Of a DNA stretch of 64,000 nucleotides, positions 62,978 to 64,000 are shown in pieces. This DNA is from Trueperaceae bacterium (GTDB taxonomy: Bacteria > Deinococcota > Deinococci > Deinococcales > Trueperaceae), in assembly GCA_034520945.1 (NCBI GenBank), contig JAXHNB010000006.1:320001-384000 (forward strand). The letters run 5' to 3'. Each line of letters begins with the position of its first letter. Positions within the stretch are counted from its first letter, which is position 1. Both the position numbers and the translations under genes were made by a program. The notes under the pieces are model-generated. The model was not told the DNA's origin, did no database searches, and was given only the letters and a program-made list of their open reading frames with translations.

Positions 62978-64000
62978 GTCGTCTCCCTCCTCTCGCCCGG
63001 CTCGCTCCAGCCTTCGGGCACCAGGCGCGCCGCTTCGGCGGGCCCCCAGGAGCCGGGCTCGTACACGGTGGGCGGTTCGGTCCGACGTAGCGCCGGCTCG
63101 ACGATGCGCCACGCCTCTTCGACGTAGTCCTGGCGGGCGAAGCGGAACGTCTCGCCCCGCATCGCGTCGCTCAGCAGCTCCGCGTACGGTTCGCGGTCGG
63201 CGCCCTCGTGGGCGTGTGTCGCGAATAGCTCCAGCACGTGGCCGTGCGCCCGGTCCGGCTCGTGCACGCTGGCGCCCAGGGCGATCTGGAGGTCGGGGTC
63301 CAGTTGGAAGCGCACGTGGTTGGGATCCAGTGGTACGCCCACGACGCTGGGGGGCCGGCGCAGCTCGACGATCACGCCGGTGCGCAGGACCGGGAGGCGC
63401 TTGCCGGTCCGGATGTAGAACGGCACGCCCTGCCAGCGCCACGAGTCCACGGCCAGTTCCAGCGCGGCGAACGTCTCGGTACGGGAGTCCGCGGCGACGC
63501 CGGGCTCGTCCAGGTAGCCGCGGAACTGTCCGCGAAGCAGCCGACTCGGATCGAGCGGCGCGATCGCCTTAAGCACCTTCACCTTCTCGTCGCGCAGCGT
63601 CTCGGCGTCGTCGCTACGGGGCGGGGGTTCCATCGCCACGTTGGACAGCACTTGCAGCAGGTGGTTCTGGATCACGTCGCGTACCGCGCCGGTGGCGTCG
63701 TAGAACGCGCCACGCCCCTCGACGCCGAACGGCTCGGCCATGGTGATCTGTACGTTCGCGACGTAGTGGCGGTTCCAGATCGGCTCCAGGAAGGCGTTGG
63801 CGAAGCGGAAGAACACCAGGTTCTGGACGGCTTCCTTGCCCAGGAAGTGGTCGATACGGAAGATGGCGCTCTCGTCGACCTGCTCGTGAAGCACCGCGTT
63901 CAACCGGCGCGCAGAGTTCAGGTCGGTCCCGAACGGTTTTTCGAGCACCAGGCGTGCGTTGCGCGCGCAGCCGCTGCGCACCAGCTGATCGATCACCAGC
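62974..64000 (-). CDS. zwf: glucose-6-phosphate dehydrogenase (5' part outside window)
   Basis: [39 protein letters not shown] and YEPGSWGP. Confidence 0.95.
   Translation of the reverse strand, partial: LVIDQLVRSGCARNARLVLEKPFGTDLNSARRLNAVLHEQVDESAIFRIDHFLGKEAVQNLVFFRFANAFLEPIWNRHYVANVQITMAEPFGVEGRGAFYDATGAVRDVIQNHLLQVLSNVAMEPPPRSDDAETLRDEKVKVLKAIAPLDPSRLLRGQFRGYLDEPGVAADSRTETFAALELAVDSWRWQGVPFYIRTGKRLPVLRTGVIVELRRPPSVVGVPLDPNHVRFQLDPDLQIALGASVHEPDRAHGHVLELFATHAHEGADREPYAELLSDAMRGETFRFARQDYVEEAWRIVEPALRRTEPPTVYEPGSWGPAEAARLVPEGWSEPGERRETT

Overview
A high-GC bacterial chromosomal segment. It is probably Deinococcota (Trueperaceae-like), inferred from many SD-less genes with a -10-like hexamer 5-6 nt before the start codon and from the gene repertoire. 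From left to right it holds: a quinone oxidoreductase; a secreted LCCL-domain protein; a PAN-domain alpha-2-macroglobulin/pbpC operon with both genes broken by one +1 frameshift; and an A/T-richer islet encoding a lipoprotein cholesterol-dependent-cytolysin-like protein with a LamG C-terminal domain, next to vapBC. Next come assorted metabolic and regulatory genes, yefM-yoeB, a GH114 lipoprotein with a long (EP)n linker, and two c-di-GMP enzymes. These are followed by a cyanophycin operon (cphB-cphA) extended by an uncharacterised ATP-grasp ligase and preceded by an Arg-rich uORF, then ftsH. The right part has a SARP/AAA/TPR regulator-DUF4242-FAD oxidase-nitrilase cluster, a large HExxH lipoprotein, a decayed region, an Ig-like lipoprotein plus C1q-like protein pair, a RelE-type TA module, and a zwf-phosphatase-pgi-glycogen debranching operon cut by the window edge. 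No rRNA, tRNA or CRISPR array was seen. The best candidates for undescribed biology are the solo CDC-like/LamG lipoprotein, the cphB-cphA-ATP-grasp operon with its leader ORF, and the Ig-lipoprotein/C1q-like pair. Repeated +1 frameshifts suggest consensus errors, whereas several internal deletions look like real gene decay. All family calls come from motif recognition by eye, not from database searches.
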